Assembly (NCBI GenBank): GCA_937915745.1
Contig: CALGGJ010000069.1
Span: 5,544 to 69,543, forward strand
DNA: 64,000 nt
From: an uncultured Prevotellaceae bacterium
GTDB lineage: Bacteria; Bacteroidota; Bacteroidia; Bacteroidales; Bacteroidaceae
Direction of reading: 5' to 3'
Made by a program: the position numbers and the translations under genes. Of the stretch, positions 30,565-38,758 are shown one piece after another. Positions within the stretch are counted from its first letter, which is position 1. Every line of letters begins with the position of its first letter. The notes under the pieces are model-generated. The model searched no databases. It saw only the letters and a program-made list of their open reading frames with translations, and had not been told where the DNA came from.

Positions 30565-31911
30565 ATGAATCTCAATATTTTCGCATCACACAAGAGTTTT
30601 TTGATACTGTCAGTTGCAGCATTTTTTATTTCTTGTCAATTGAAGGCACAGGATTCTACCAGCCAATCAGTACAAGACATAAAGATGTCAGATGATGAGC
30701 CATATACTCCATATAGTCTTTGGATGACCGTGTCAGAGATGTCACGTGTTCCTCAAAGTTATTTGCTTGATTTCTCCACAAAACCAAAGTGGAGTTATGT
30801 GATGGGTATAGAGTTGGAATCAATGCTCGATACCTATCTTCGATATGGCGACCAAAATATCATGAACTATCTGCAGATGTATATTGACACTATAATCAGT
30901 CCTGAAGGTGAGATCAGAGGTTATAAACTAAACGATTATAACCTTGACAATATTCGTACCGGTCATTTTCTTGCACGTATGTATCAGCTGCATCCTGAGG
31001 TTAAAACCCTTGCTGCCATACATACACTTATGAGACAGCTTGAGGAACAACCCCGCACCGACGGTGACAGTGTATATTGGCACAAGGCAATATACAGCTA
31101 TCAAGTGTGGCTCGATGGGATATTCATGGGACTTCCGTTCCGTGTTCTTGCTGCATCCATGTTCCTTGACCCCGATTCTGCAATGACTGTCTATGATGAT
31201 GCAGTGTATCAAGTGAGCGAGACTTTCCATCGCACTCTCGATTCGGCCACGGGCCTGAACCGCCATGCTTGGGACGAGACACGCCAAATGTTTTGGGCCG
31301 ACCCCGTAACAGGTCTGAGCCGTCATTGCTGGGGACGTGCCCAAGGGTGGTACACCATGGCATTAGTAGAGTTGTTAGATGCATTACCTAACGATTATCC
31401 GGGACGTAGTAAAGTGCTTGACTTGTTACGACTGACTCTTGATTCTGTTTTACGCTGGCAAGATGTCGAATCAGGCTTGTGGTTTCAGGTGATGGATTCG
31501 CCAAATCGTGATGGTAACTACCTTGAAGCTACATGCTCGTCGATGTTTGCCTATTCATTACTGAAGTCATGCCGATTGGGATATGTTGACAAATCATTTG
31601 GCGACGCAGGCCACCGTGCTTACGATGGTATAATAACCCATTTTATAAGGCACGACCCTAATAATCTAATTTCGCTTACACACTGTTGTTCAGTTGCCGG
31701 TTTAGGTCCTGGGATCAGCCCAAAAGTATTAAAGGCAGCTCCGGACGTAAAGGAAAATCGTCGTCGCGATGGTTCGTTCGAATATTATCTGTCTGAACCA
31801 CTACGCGACAACGATGCAAAAGGTCTCGGTCCGTTTATCTGGGCGTCGCTCGAGATGGAACGACTTAATATGTCAGGCCATGCCGCTATGATGCCCTCAA
31901 CACCTCGGTAA
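30565..31911 (+). CDS. glycoside hydrolase family 88/105 (unsaturated glucuronyl / rhamnogalacturonyl hydrolase)
   Basis: 448 aa with a signal peptide. Family-typical DGIFMGLPF, NRHAWDE and WGRAQGWY motifs. Confidence 0.75.
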   Translation: MNLNIFASHKSFLILSVAAFFISCQLKAQDSTSQSVQDIKMSDDEPYTPYSLWMTVSEMSRVPQSYLLDFSTKPKWSYVMGIELESMLDTYLRYGDQNIMNYLQMYIDTIISPEGEIRGYKLNDYNLDNIRTGHFLARMYQLHPEVKTLAAIHTLMRQLEEQPRTDGDSVYWHKAIYSYQVWLDGIFMGLPFRVLAASMFLDPDSAMTVYDDAVYQVSETFHRTLDSATGLNRHAWDETRQMFWADPVTGLSRHCWGRAQGWYTMALVELLDALPNDYPGRSKVLDLLRLTLDSVLRWQDVESGLWFQVMDSPNRDGNYLEATCSSMFAYSLLKSCRLGYVDKSFGDAGHRAYDGIITHFIRHDPNNLISLTHCCSVAGLGPGISPKVLKAAPDVKENRRRDGSFEYYLSEPLRDNDAKGLGPFIWASLEMERLNMSGHAAMMPSTPR

Positions 31912-32698
31912 ATTCGGGTTTAGCTTCTTCACTATTGTTCACATATACCTTTATCTTCAGCGTTTGCCCGTTCTCCTCTGCTTCAAACAGATAGTAGGTG
32001 GTATCATCGGTTACAGCCTTCCCCACTCTCACTGGCTGTGCGTGTAGCATTGGATAGTTGCCGCATGCAGCATTGTATATTGCTATTTCTTCGTCAGTTA
32101 CAGCTTGTGGTTCAGAGTATTCGGGCCGTAAGACAACATCGCCTTCCACCATTTTATTTGATTTTAAGAAGTATTCTATCTCGGCAGGTGCCGCATCTAT
32201 TCTTGCATTTCGTATTCCATAGCCCATCGTTACATCTGCATTTGGAAGAGCCTTTTGCATGTTGGCTGTGCTTGTGTCGAGTCCGCCACTGCCAAATGTG
32301 CAGAATGTGAAAATTTGTTTTCCGTTCAAATCGTAGTTTCTGATGAAGGTTTCAATTGGCGGAGCATAAGTGCCGAACCACACAGGGTATCCAATGAATA
32401 TGACGTCATACTGGTTGAGGTCGGCTTTGATTGGTTTAATTTCAGGCACTATCCCCTCGGCCCGTTCTTGTTGTGAGCGTTGTATTGTGGCCTGGAAATC
32501 GCCGTCGTATGCCTTGACAGCCTCAATGGCTTCGATGTCGGCACCCAACTGTCGCTGGAGTTCTTCTGCCACGAATTTGGTGGCACCTGTCTGCGAATAA
32601 TAAATCACAAGTGCCCTGTCGGCACCATCGCTTTGTTTTTTTTCAGATGCACACGATAGCAGTGCGGCTAAAGTGGCAATAAAGTATATCGTTTTCAT
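31886..32698 (-). CDS. flavodoxin-like lipoprotein
   Basis: 270 aa with a lipobox (LLSCAS). Flavodoxin FMN-binding start (LVIYYSQTGATKFVAEEL) plus an extra C-terminal domain. Its 3' end overlaps the convergent GH88/105 gene by 26 nt. Confidence 0.65.
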   Translation of the reverse strand: MKTIYFIATLAALLSCASEKKQSDGADRALVIYYSQTGATKFVAEELQRQLGADIEAIEAVKAYDGDFQATIQRSQQERAEGIVPEIKPIKADLNQYDVIFIGYPVWFGTYAPPIETFIRNYDLNGKQIFTFCTFGSGGLDTSTANMQKALPNADVTMGYGIRNARIDAAPAEIEYFLKSNKMVEGDVVLRPEYSEPQAVTDEEIAIYNAACGNYPMLHAQPVRVGKAVTDDTTYYLFEAEENGQTLKIKVYVNNSEEAKPEFTEVLRAS

Positions 32699-32836
32699 AA
32701 AAGGAGGTATGATAAATGAAACATGTATTTACACTTGCAAAGATAAGAAAAATTATCGATTTGCACCGTATTCTGAATAAACTATTTTCACTTTCGGGCA
32801 TCTAAAGTCAAGATAAAACAACAAACCATTAGGAAA

Positions 32837-34618
32837 ATGAAAAAAATTTTTCTTGTCATCGTCACATTACTGACATCAGTGTTGCTCAATGCGGCTGATG
32901 TCAATCCTGGAAAAAATACGTTTAAGTCAAACCTGCCCATTGTGTTGCTCGACACTAAACTTCCACTGACAAACACCGAGAAACGCGAGGCACACATGCG
33001 GGTAATCTATTCAGAGGGGAAAAAGCAATACTCTTCGTCCGACTCCGATTACCAATACGATGGCTCTGTAGCCATTAAGTTGCGTGGAAACAGTTCGCTC
33101 GGTTTCAGTCAGAAGAAATATACATTTGAGTTGCGCGATTCAGCCGACAAAGACATCGATGTGTCGCTCATGGGTATGCCGGCACACTCCGACTGGGTTT
33201 TGCTCGCACCCTATTCCGACGTGTCGATGATTCGCGATGTGTTTGCGTTCCAGCTATGGCGCGATATGGGCTACTGGGCACCACGCACTTGCCTTTGTGA
33301 AGTCGTTGTAAATGGCGAATATGCTGGAGTATATGCATTGTCAGAAGCCATAAAGCGCGATAAAAACAGAGTCAATATAGACAAGATGAAGAAGACCGAC
33401 ATAAGTGGGCGCGAACTGACAGGTGGCTATTTGCTGCGCATCGATACCTTTGACGACGATGATGCCACATTCCGTTCGCATGTACCAGGAATAGGCGATG
33501 GACTCTTCATGACCGACATAACATGGACATGTCTATACCCCAAGAAGAAAAAGTTGCAGCCAGAGCAGATGGAATACATAAGCAACTTCATCGGCGACAT
33601 GGAACGGACCTTTGCATCCGACAGCTATACCGACCCTACACATGGCTACGCAGCATATATTGACATATCTTCGTTTGTAGATTACTTCATACACACCGAG
33701 CTTAGTCTCAATGCCGATGCCTACAAGCGCAGTGCATATTTCTACAAAGACAGACAAAATGCCGATGGTACAGGTGGGCTGCTCCACGCAGGTCCGGCAT
33801 GGGACTACAACTTGGCATACGGTTGCTGTAGCTTTTGCAATGCCGACGATATCAATGCCTGGGCATTCGAGGGTTGCAACACCAACCCTACCCCACTGTT
33901 TTGGAAACGTCTGTACCAGGACCCTGCATTCATGGCACGAGTACGCACACGCTATACCGAGCTTCGCAAAACCACCCTCAGCACCCGACACCTCTTTGCA
34001 CTCATTGACGGCTACGCCCGCCAGTTGCAGACAGCACAAGAACGCCATTTCAGCCGTTATCCGGAGCTGCTTGGCAGCGAAACAAAACGCAGCCCTGCCG
34101 GCAGTGGTATGATGGCAGGTATGGGTGGCATGGTACAGGGCGGTGGAAGAGGTCAGATGCCTGGCGGGGCCTTTCCGCAGTTTGACATCGGTTTCCCCGC
34201 AATGGGAGGTTTCCCGGCCATGGGACAGATGAACGACTCTATCATGCGAGTCATGATGGAACAAGGGCGCAAGATGTTTGAACAGATGCGAAACTACAAA
34301 TTAGACTCTGACACGGCTACTGCAACACCACGAGGTGTAGGCTTCCCTGGTATGGGAGGCTTTCCTCCATTCGGTGCAATGCCAGGCATGGGTGGCTTTC
34401 CTCCATTCGGTGCAATGCCAGGCACGGGCGGTATGTCAGGTGGCAATGTCGCATTTCCGCAGATGGGAGGTGGTGAAGGCATGGCAGGAATGGGTGGAGC
34501 GATGCTTTCATGGTTCCGTTCCTATACAGTTAAAAGCTATGCCGATGAAATAAAGATGCTGAAAGACTGGTTGAAAGACCGACTCGAGGTGCTCGATGAG
34601 AAGATACTACGCAATTGA
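32837..34618 (+). CDS. CotH family protein with Met/Gly/Pro-rich repeat insertion
   Basis: 593 aa with a signal peptide. CotH-like core (LPIVLLDT, KLRGNSS, KKYTFEL, LLAPYSDVSMIRD, VNGEYAGVYALSEAIKRDKNRV). The low-complexity block lies at about 34091-34506. Confidence 0.7.
   Translation: MKKIFLVIVTLLTSVLLNAADVNPGKNTFKSNLPIVLLDTKLPLTNTEKREAHMRVIYSEGKKQYSSSDSDYQYDGSVAIKLRGNSSLGFSQKKYTFELRDSADKDIDVSLMGMPAHSDWVLLAPYSDVSMIRDVFAFQLWRDMGYWAPRTCLCEVVVNGEYAGVYALSEAIKRDKNRVNIDKMKKTDISGRELTGGYLLRIDTFDDDDATFRSHVPGIGDGLFMTDITWTCLYPKKKKLQPEQMEYISNFIGDMERTFASDSYTDPTHGYAAYIDISSFVDYFIHTELSLNADAYKRSAYFYKDRQNADGTGGLLHAGPAWDYNLAYGCCSFCNADDINAWAFEGCNTNPTPLFWKRLYQDPAFMARVRTRYTELRKTTLSTRHLFALIDGYARQLQTAQERHFSRYPELLGSETKRSPAGSGMMAGMGGMVQGGGRGQMPGGAFPQFDIGFPAMGGFPAMGQMNDSIMRVMMEQGRKMFEQMRNYKLDSDTATATPRGVGFPGMGGFPPFGAMPGMGGFPPFGAMPGTGGMSGGNVAFPQMGGGEGMAGMGGAMLSWFRSYTVKSYADEIKMLKDWLKDRLEVLDEKILRN
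34358..34424 (+). repeat. 36-bp in-frame tandem duplication inside the CotH gene
   Basis: GGCTTTCCTCCATTCGGTGCAATGCCAGGCA at 34358-34388 and again, identical, at 34394-34424. It encodes GGFPPFGAMPG twice. Confidence 0.9.
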
Positions 34619-34630
34619 ATACAATGAGAG

Positions 34631-34718
34631 TGCGTACTCGGAACCTTACGACTGCGTACTCGGAACCTTACGACTGCGTACTCGGAACCTTACGACTGCG
34701 CACTCGGAGTCTTACGAC
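34631..34718. repeat. 22-bp tandem repeat TGCGTACTCGGAACCTTACGAC x4 (GAGTGCGCACTC family), locus 2
   Basis: Units at 34631-34652, 34653-34674, 34675-34696 (identical) and 34697-34718 (3 changes). The array runs directly into the terminator hairpin. Confidence 0.9.
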
Positions 34719-34759
34719 TGCGCACTTGCGATGCCGTGAGTGCGCAGTCGTTTTTTTTT
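34715..34759 (+). terminator. intrinsic terminator of the CotH gene, built from repeat units
   Basis: Perfect 12-bp stem CGACTGCGCACT / AGTGCGCAGTCG, 12-nt loop, then T9 (34751-34759). Confidence 0.85.
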
Positions 34760-34795
34760 GCTTCATCAAATCATGCTTCCTACAGCAGCAACATG

Positions 34796-35278
34796 TCAGA
34801 CAAGGCTGTCGCTGTCAAATTCCACAGGCAGCAGGTCGCGTGCAGAATTGACTATGTAGATGCCGTCTGTGCCGTATAGCAGGATTCGAATCGGTTTTGC
34901 AAAACGGTGCTCTGTCTCAAGCATAACCTGCCGACAGCCACCGCACGGACTGATGGGGGAGGATGTGAACTGCCCCGACGAGTCGCGGGCAGCGATGCAG
35001 AGCATCGTCACAGGCGTATCGGGATGCCGTGAGTTGGCATAGAATAAAGTGGTGCGCTCGGCACACAATCCCGAAGGGAAGGCACAATTTTCTTGGTTGT
35101 TGCCACTCAATATCTCACCATTATCGAGCAACACTGCTGCACCTACACAGAACCTGCTGTAAGGTGCATAGCTGCGATAGGTGGCATCGCGAGCTGCATT
35201 GAGCAACTGCCGCTCTTCGGACGACAGCTCATCCTCGGTAAGTTTCCTGATATGTATAGTCCTGCTGATTTCTTCCAT
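34796..35278 (-). CDS. cdd: cytidine deaminase
   Basis: 160 aa. Zinc-binding motifs CAERT and PCGGCRQ. Confidence 0.85.
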   Translation of the reverse strand: MEEISRTIHIRKLTEDELSSEERQLLNAARDATYRSYAPYSRFCVGAAVLLDNGEILSGNNQENCAFPSGLCAERTTLFYANSRHPDTPVTMLCIAARDSSGQFTSSPISPCGGCRQVMLETEHRFAKPIRILLYGTDGIYIVNSARDLLPVEFDSDSLV

Positions 35279-35434
35279 TGCAGTGATGATTTGTTTAGGT
35301 TTGCAACGGCAAAGATAGTGAATATAAGTGAAAAGTGAAAAGTAGAGAATAAAAACTTGTCATATCATAGACGAAATAGTGTATGCAAGCATACATTTTT
35401 TATACTCTACATATCATAATTTACTAAAAATAAC

Positions 35435-35442
35435 TATCTTTG
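35435..35442 (+). promoter_or_regulatory. Bacteroidota -7 promoter motif (TATCTTTG)
   Basis: 28 nt upstream of the ATG at 35470. It overlaps the TTG start used by the ORF track (35440). Confidence 0.6.
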
Positions 35443-35469
35443 CATGTAGAAACAAACCATTACAGACAA

Positions 35470-36402
35470 ATGACACTTAACAGACGACACTGTGTGACGG
35501 CACTGATACTTATGATTGCCACGCTATTGTCTGCCCAGACAAATGGTAAAAGCAAAGCATTTGTTGACTACATAGAACAATATAAGAAGATAGCTGTCGA
35601 GCAGATGAAGAAACATGGCATTCCTGCCAGCATTACGCTGGCACAAGGTCTTCTTGAGAGCGGTGCCGGCAGCAGCGAACTGGCGAAGAAAAGCAACAAC
35701 CATTTCGGCATAAAATGTGGCAGTACGTGGTTCGGCCCTACTACGACCCACTTCGACGATGGTAGAAACGAATGCTTCCGAGTATATTCCACAGTGAGCG
35801 AAAGCTATGAAGACCATTCACAGTTTTTGAAGAAAGAGCGCTACAGCCGTCTCTTCCGCCTCAGCACCACCGACTACAAGGGCTGGGCACGCGGTCTGAA
35901 GGCCTGTGGATACGCCACCAGTCCCACATATGCCGACCGCCTGATTGCCATCATCGAACTGTACGAACTCAACAAACTCGACCGTGAACAAAAAATTGAC
36001 GACATGTATGTGTATGTGCCCGAGACGGTTGCACCCAAAGACGTCGTACTCAACTCGCATACCATCATGACAAACAACAATGTATTGTGTATCAAGGCCA
36101 ACTCGCGCGACACATGGGAAAGCATCGCAAAAGAGTTCAACACCTCAAAAAAACATTTGCTGAAATACAATGAAGCCATCGAACAAGTAATGATACAGGA
36201 GGGCGACATTATCTATCTGCAGAAAAAACAGAAACGGGCAGCCAAACAATTCGGCAGGAAATACTGGCACCATGTCAGACAAGGCGAGTCTATGTACTCA
36301 ATTGCCCAACTCTATGGTATGAGACTGAAATACCTTTACAAACTGAATTTCCGTAACGACGACTATATCCCGGCACCCGGCGACTTGCTCAAGGTGAGGT
36401 GA
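35470..36402 (+). CDS. peptidoglycan hydrolase: glucosaminidase domain plus two LysM domains
   Basis: Glucosaminidase motif (ASITLAQGLLESGAGSSELAKKSNNHFGIK). Two C-terminal LysM-like repeats (DTWESIAKEF...; ESMYSIAQLYGM...). Start moved to the first ATG after the promoter motif. Confidence 0.8.
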   Translation: MTLNRRHCVTALILMIATLLSAQTNGKSKAFVDYIEQYKKIAVEQMKKHGIPASITLAQGLLESGAGSSELAKKSNNHFGIKCGSTWFGPTTTHFDDGRNECFRVYSTVSESYEDHSQFLKKERYSRLFRLSTTDYKGWARGLKACGYATSPTYADRLIAIIELYELNKLDREQKIDDMYVYVPETVAPKDVVLNSHTIMTNNNVLCIKANSRDTWESIAKEFNTSKKHLLKYNEAIEQVMIQEGDIIYLQKKQKRAAKQFGRKYWHHVRQGESMYSIAQLYGMRLKYLYKLNFRNDDYIPAPGDLLKVR

Positions 36403-36458
36403 AACCATTTTTATAAATTAAAAACACACGATTTGTTTGTAGTATGAAAATTTATGAC

Positions 36459-36466
36459 TAACTTTG
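36459..36466 (+). promoter_or_regulatory. Bacteroidota -7 promoter motif (TAACTTTG)
   Basis: Overlaps the TTG start used by the ORF track (36464). About 100 nt upstream of the ATG at 36566. Confidence 0.55.
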
Positions 36467-36565
36467 CAGCCGGGTAAACTACAGATAACAATCAACAAGA
36501 CACAACTGACACAGAATTTTCCAGGCAAAATAAATTATATCAACCAACTCAAAGTAAGAAAAATT

Positions 36566-37267
36566 ATGGTTTATTCAAAAGAAGTACAAGAAATGTGCTG
36601 TGTAGCCAAAGGTCCTAACCACGGACCAGCTCCAATACCAGAAGAAGGTAAGTGGATTCAGGCAAAAGAGATTAAAGACATCTCGGGTATGACCCACGGC
36701 ATTGGATGGTGCGCTCCTCAACAAGGTTGCTGCAAATTGAGTCTTAACGTAAAAGACGGTATCATCGAAGAGTGTCTGGTTGAAACAATAGGATGCTCGG
36801 GTATGACCCACTCAGCTGCAATGGCATCAGAAATTCTACCAGGCAAGACAATTCTCGAAGCACTCAACACCGACCTCGTGTGCGATGCCATCAACACAGC
36901 TATGCGCGAACTGTTCCTTCAGATTGTGTATGGACGTACACAGTCGGCATTCTCCGAAGGAGGACTTGTAATCGGAGCCGGACTCGAAGACCTTGGCAAG
37001 GGACTCGTGTCACAATGCGGCACCCTCTACGGCACAAAGGCCAAAGGAACACGCTACCTGCAACTAACAGAAGGCTACATCACAAAGATGTATCTCGACA
37101 GCGACAACCAAGTGTGCGGATATGAATTTGTTCACATGGGCAAGTTTATGGATGCAGTGAAGAAAGGCGTGCCTGCCGATGAAGCACTCAAGAGCGTAAC
37201 CGGTACATACGGACGTACAAAACCCGAGCAGGGTGCAGTGAAATCAATCGATCCACGTAAAGAATAA
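36566..37267 (+). CDS. NifU/IscU-like Cys-rich protein (putative Fe-S scaffold-like), partner of the GGGtGRT protein
   Basis: 233 aa from the internal ATG. Cys cluster: MCCV, GWCAPQQGCC, ECLVETIGCSGMTHSAAMASE (IscU-like). Confidence 0.55.
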   Translation: MVYSKEVQEMCCVAKGPNHGPAPIPEEGKWIQAKEIKDISGMTHGIGWCAPQQGCCKLSLNVKDGIIEECLVETIGCSGMTHSAAMASEILPGKTILEALNTDLVCDAINTAMRELFLQIVYGRTQSAFSEGGLVIGAGLEDLGKGLVSQCGTLYGTKAKGTRYLQLTEGYITKMYLDSDNQVCGYEFVHMGKFMDAVKKGVPADEALKSVTGTYGRTKPEQGAVKSIDPRKE

Positions 37268-37283
37268 AAGGAGGAAGCATATT

Positions 37284-38294
37284 ATGATAAGAGAAGTCAA
37301 ATTCGAATCACAAGACCGTCGTATCAAGCAGATACTTGCTGCCTTGAACGAAAACGGCATCGCTTCAATCGAAGAAGCCAACGAAATCTGCGAAAAAGCA
37401 GGTCTCGACCCATACAAGACATGTGAAGAAACACAGATGATATGCTTCGAAAATGCAAAGTGGGCATACGTTTGTGGTTGTGCTATCGCAATAAAGAAAG
37501 GGTGCAGGAATGCAGCCGACGCAGCCGAGGCAATCGGTATCGGACTGCAGTCATTCTGCATACCTGGCTCTGTTGCCGACGACCGCAAGGTGGGACTCGG
37601 ACACGGAAATCTTGCTGCACGCCTCCTGCGCGAAGAAACCCAATGCTTCGCTTTCCTCGCCGGACACGAGAGCTTCGCCGCTGCTGAAGGTGCAATCAAG
37701 ATTGCAGAAATGGCAAACAAGGTGCGCAAAAACCCGCTGAGAGTGATACTCAACGGACTCGGAAAAGACGCTGCAATGATTATCAGCCGCATCAATGGAT
37801 TTACATACGTACAAACCAAGTTCGACTACTATACAGGAAAGGTAGATGTAGTGAAACGCATCCCTTACAGCGACGGACCACGTGCAAAAGTAAACTGCTA
37901 CGGAGCCGACGATGTACGTGAAGGAGTTGCAATCATGTGGATGGAAGATGTTGACGTCAGCATCACCGGAAACTCAACCAACCCTACACGCTTCCAGCAT
38001 CCGGTAGCCGGAACCTATAAGAAAGAACGTGTCTTGGCTGGAAAACCATACTTCAGCGTCGCATCAGGCGGTGGTACAGGCCGGACACTGCACCCAGACA
38101 ACATGGCAGCCGGACCTGCATCATACGGCATGACAGACACACTCGGACGTATGCACTCAGATGCTCAGTTCGCTGGCTCATCTTCTGTTCCTGCACACGT
38201 TGAGATGATGGGATTCCTCGGAATAGGAAACAACCCTATGGTAGGTTGCACCGTCGCATGTGCCGTAAATGTCGCACTTGCACTTAACAAGTAA
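37284..38294 (+). CDS. GGGtGRT family protein (function unknown)
   Basis: 336 aa. Contains the eponymous SGGGTGRTLHPDN motif. Begins 16 nt after the upstream gene. Confidence 0.75.
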   Translation: MIREVKFESQDRRIKQILAALNENGIASIEEANEICEKAGLDPYKTCEETQMICFENAKWAYVCGCAIAIKKGCRNAADAAEAIGIGLQSFCIPGSVADDRKVGLGHGNLAARLLREETQCFAFLAGHESFAAAEGAIKIAEMANKVRKNPLRVILNGLGKDAAMIISRINGFTYVQTKFDYYTGKVDVVKRIPYSDGPRAKVNCYGADDVREGVAIMWMEDVDVSITGNSTNPTRFQHPVAGTYKKERVLAGKPYFSVASGGGTGRTLHPDNMAAGPASYGMTDTLGRMHSDAQFAGSSSVPAHVEMMGFLGIGNNPMVGCTVACAVNVALALNK

Positions 38295-38310
38295 AAACAC
38301 ACTCACAACA

Positions 38311-38359
38311 AAGTCCCCTCCGCTATATCTTGACAACAGTGAGGGGACTTGTTTTTTTT
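38311..38359 (+). terminator. intrinsic terminator
   Basis: 10-bp stem AAGTCCCCTC / GAGGGGACTT followed by GTTTTTTTT. Confidence 0.8.
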
Positions 38360-38373
38360 GATTCCATCAAATC

Positions 38374-38715
38374 ATGAAACCGACGATAGACGACATTATC
38401 AAGATTCAAGGCGAACCCGACGACATCATAGTATGCGACCCTACTCGCGGCAACGAGTCAGATGGTGTAGTACTGATTTACAATAGTGGTGGTACGGATG
38501 ATAAGGGGTACATATACTACGATGGATATACAATCCCGACAGACTCAATCACCGACATTACAGTGAAAAACATAGCCATGGCCTATCTGCCCAACGACTA
38601 TTCATTACTCGTATCCACAACCGACAAGCAGCATCGCACACTGCGCATACACGTGGGGACAGATGCTTCAACGGCGGAAGCAGTATGTGAACAACTAATT
38701 GCAAGTTTGCATTGA
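38374..38715 (+). CDS. hypothetical protein
   Basis: 113-aa ORF with normal composition and no motif recognised. Confidence 0.4.
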   Translation: MKPTIDDIIKIQGEPDDIIVCDPTRGNESDGVVLIYNSGGTDDKGYIYYDGYTIPTDSITDITVKNIAMAYLPNDYSLLVSTTDKQHRTLRIHVGTDASTAEAVCEQLIASLH

Positions 38716-38716
38716 A

Positions 38717-38734
38717 TCCAAATCGGTCATTAGC
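38717..38734 (-). repeat. reverse-oriented copy of the CTAATGACCGATTTGG motif
   Basis: The plus strand reads TCCAAATCGGTCATTAGC. It sits between the stop at 38715 and the ATG at 38759. Confidence 0.8.
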
Positions 38735-38758
38735 TTTACGACGATAACATCTGATTAT

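Noticed and set aside
31886-31911. A 26-nt overlap of the convergent 3' ends of the GH88/105 and flavodoxin-like genes.
   Set aside because: Convergent 3' overlaps of this size are common and need no special explanation. Neither C-terminus looks truncated.
34631-34718. Possible CRISPR array, because of the regularly spaced direct repeats.
   Set aside because: The period is only 22 nt (an 11-nt core and an 11-nt spacer), and the spacers are identical between units. No cas genes are present, and the array merges into a terminator. This is a tandem or REP-like repeat, not CRISPR.
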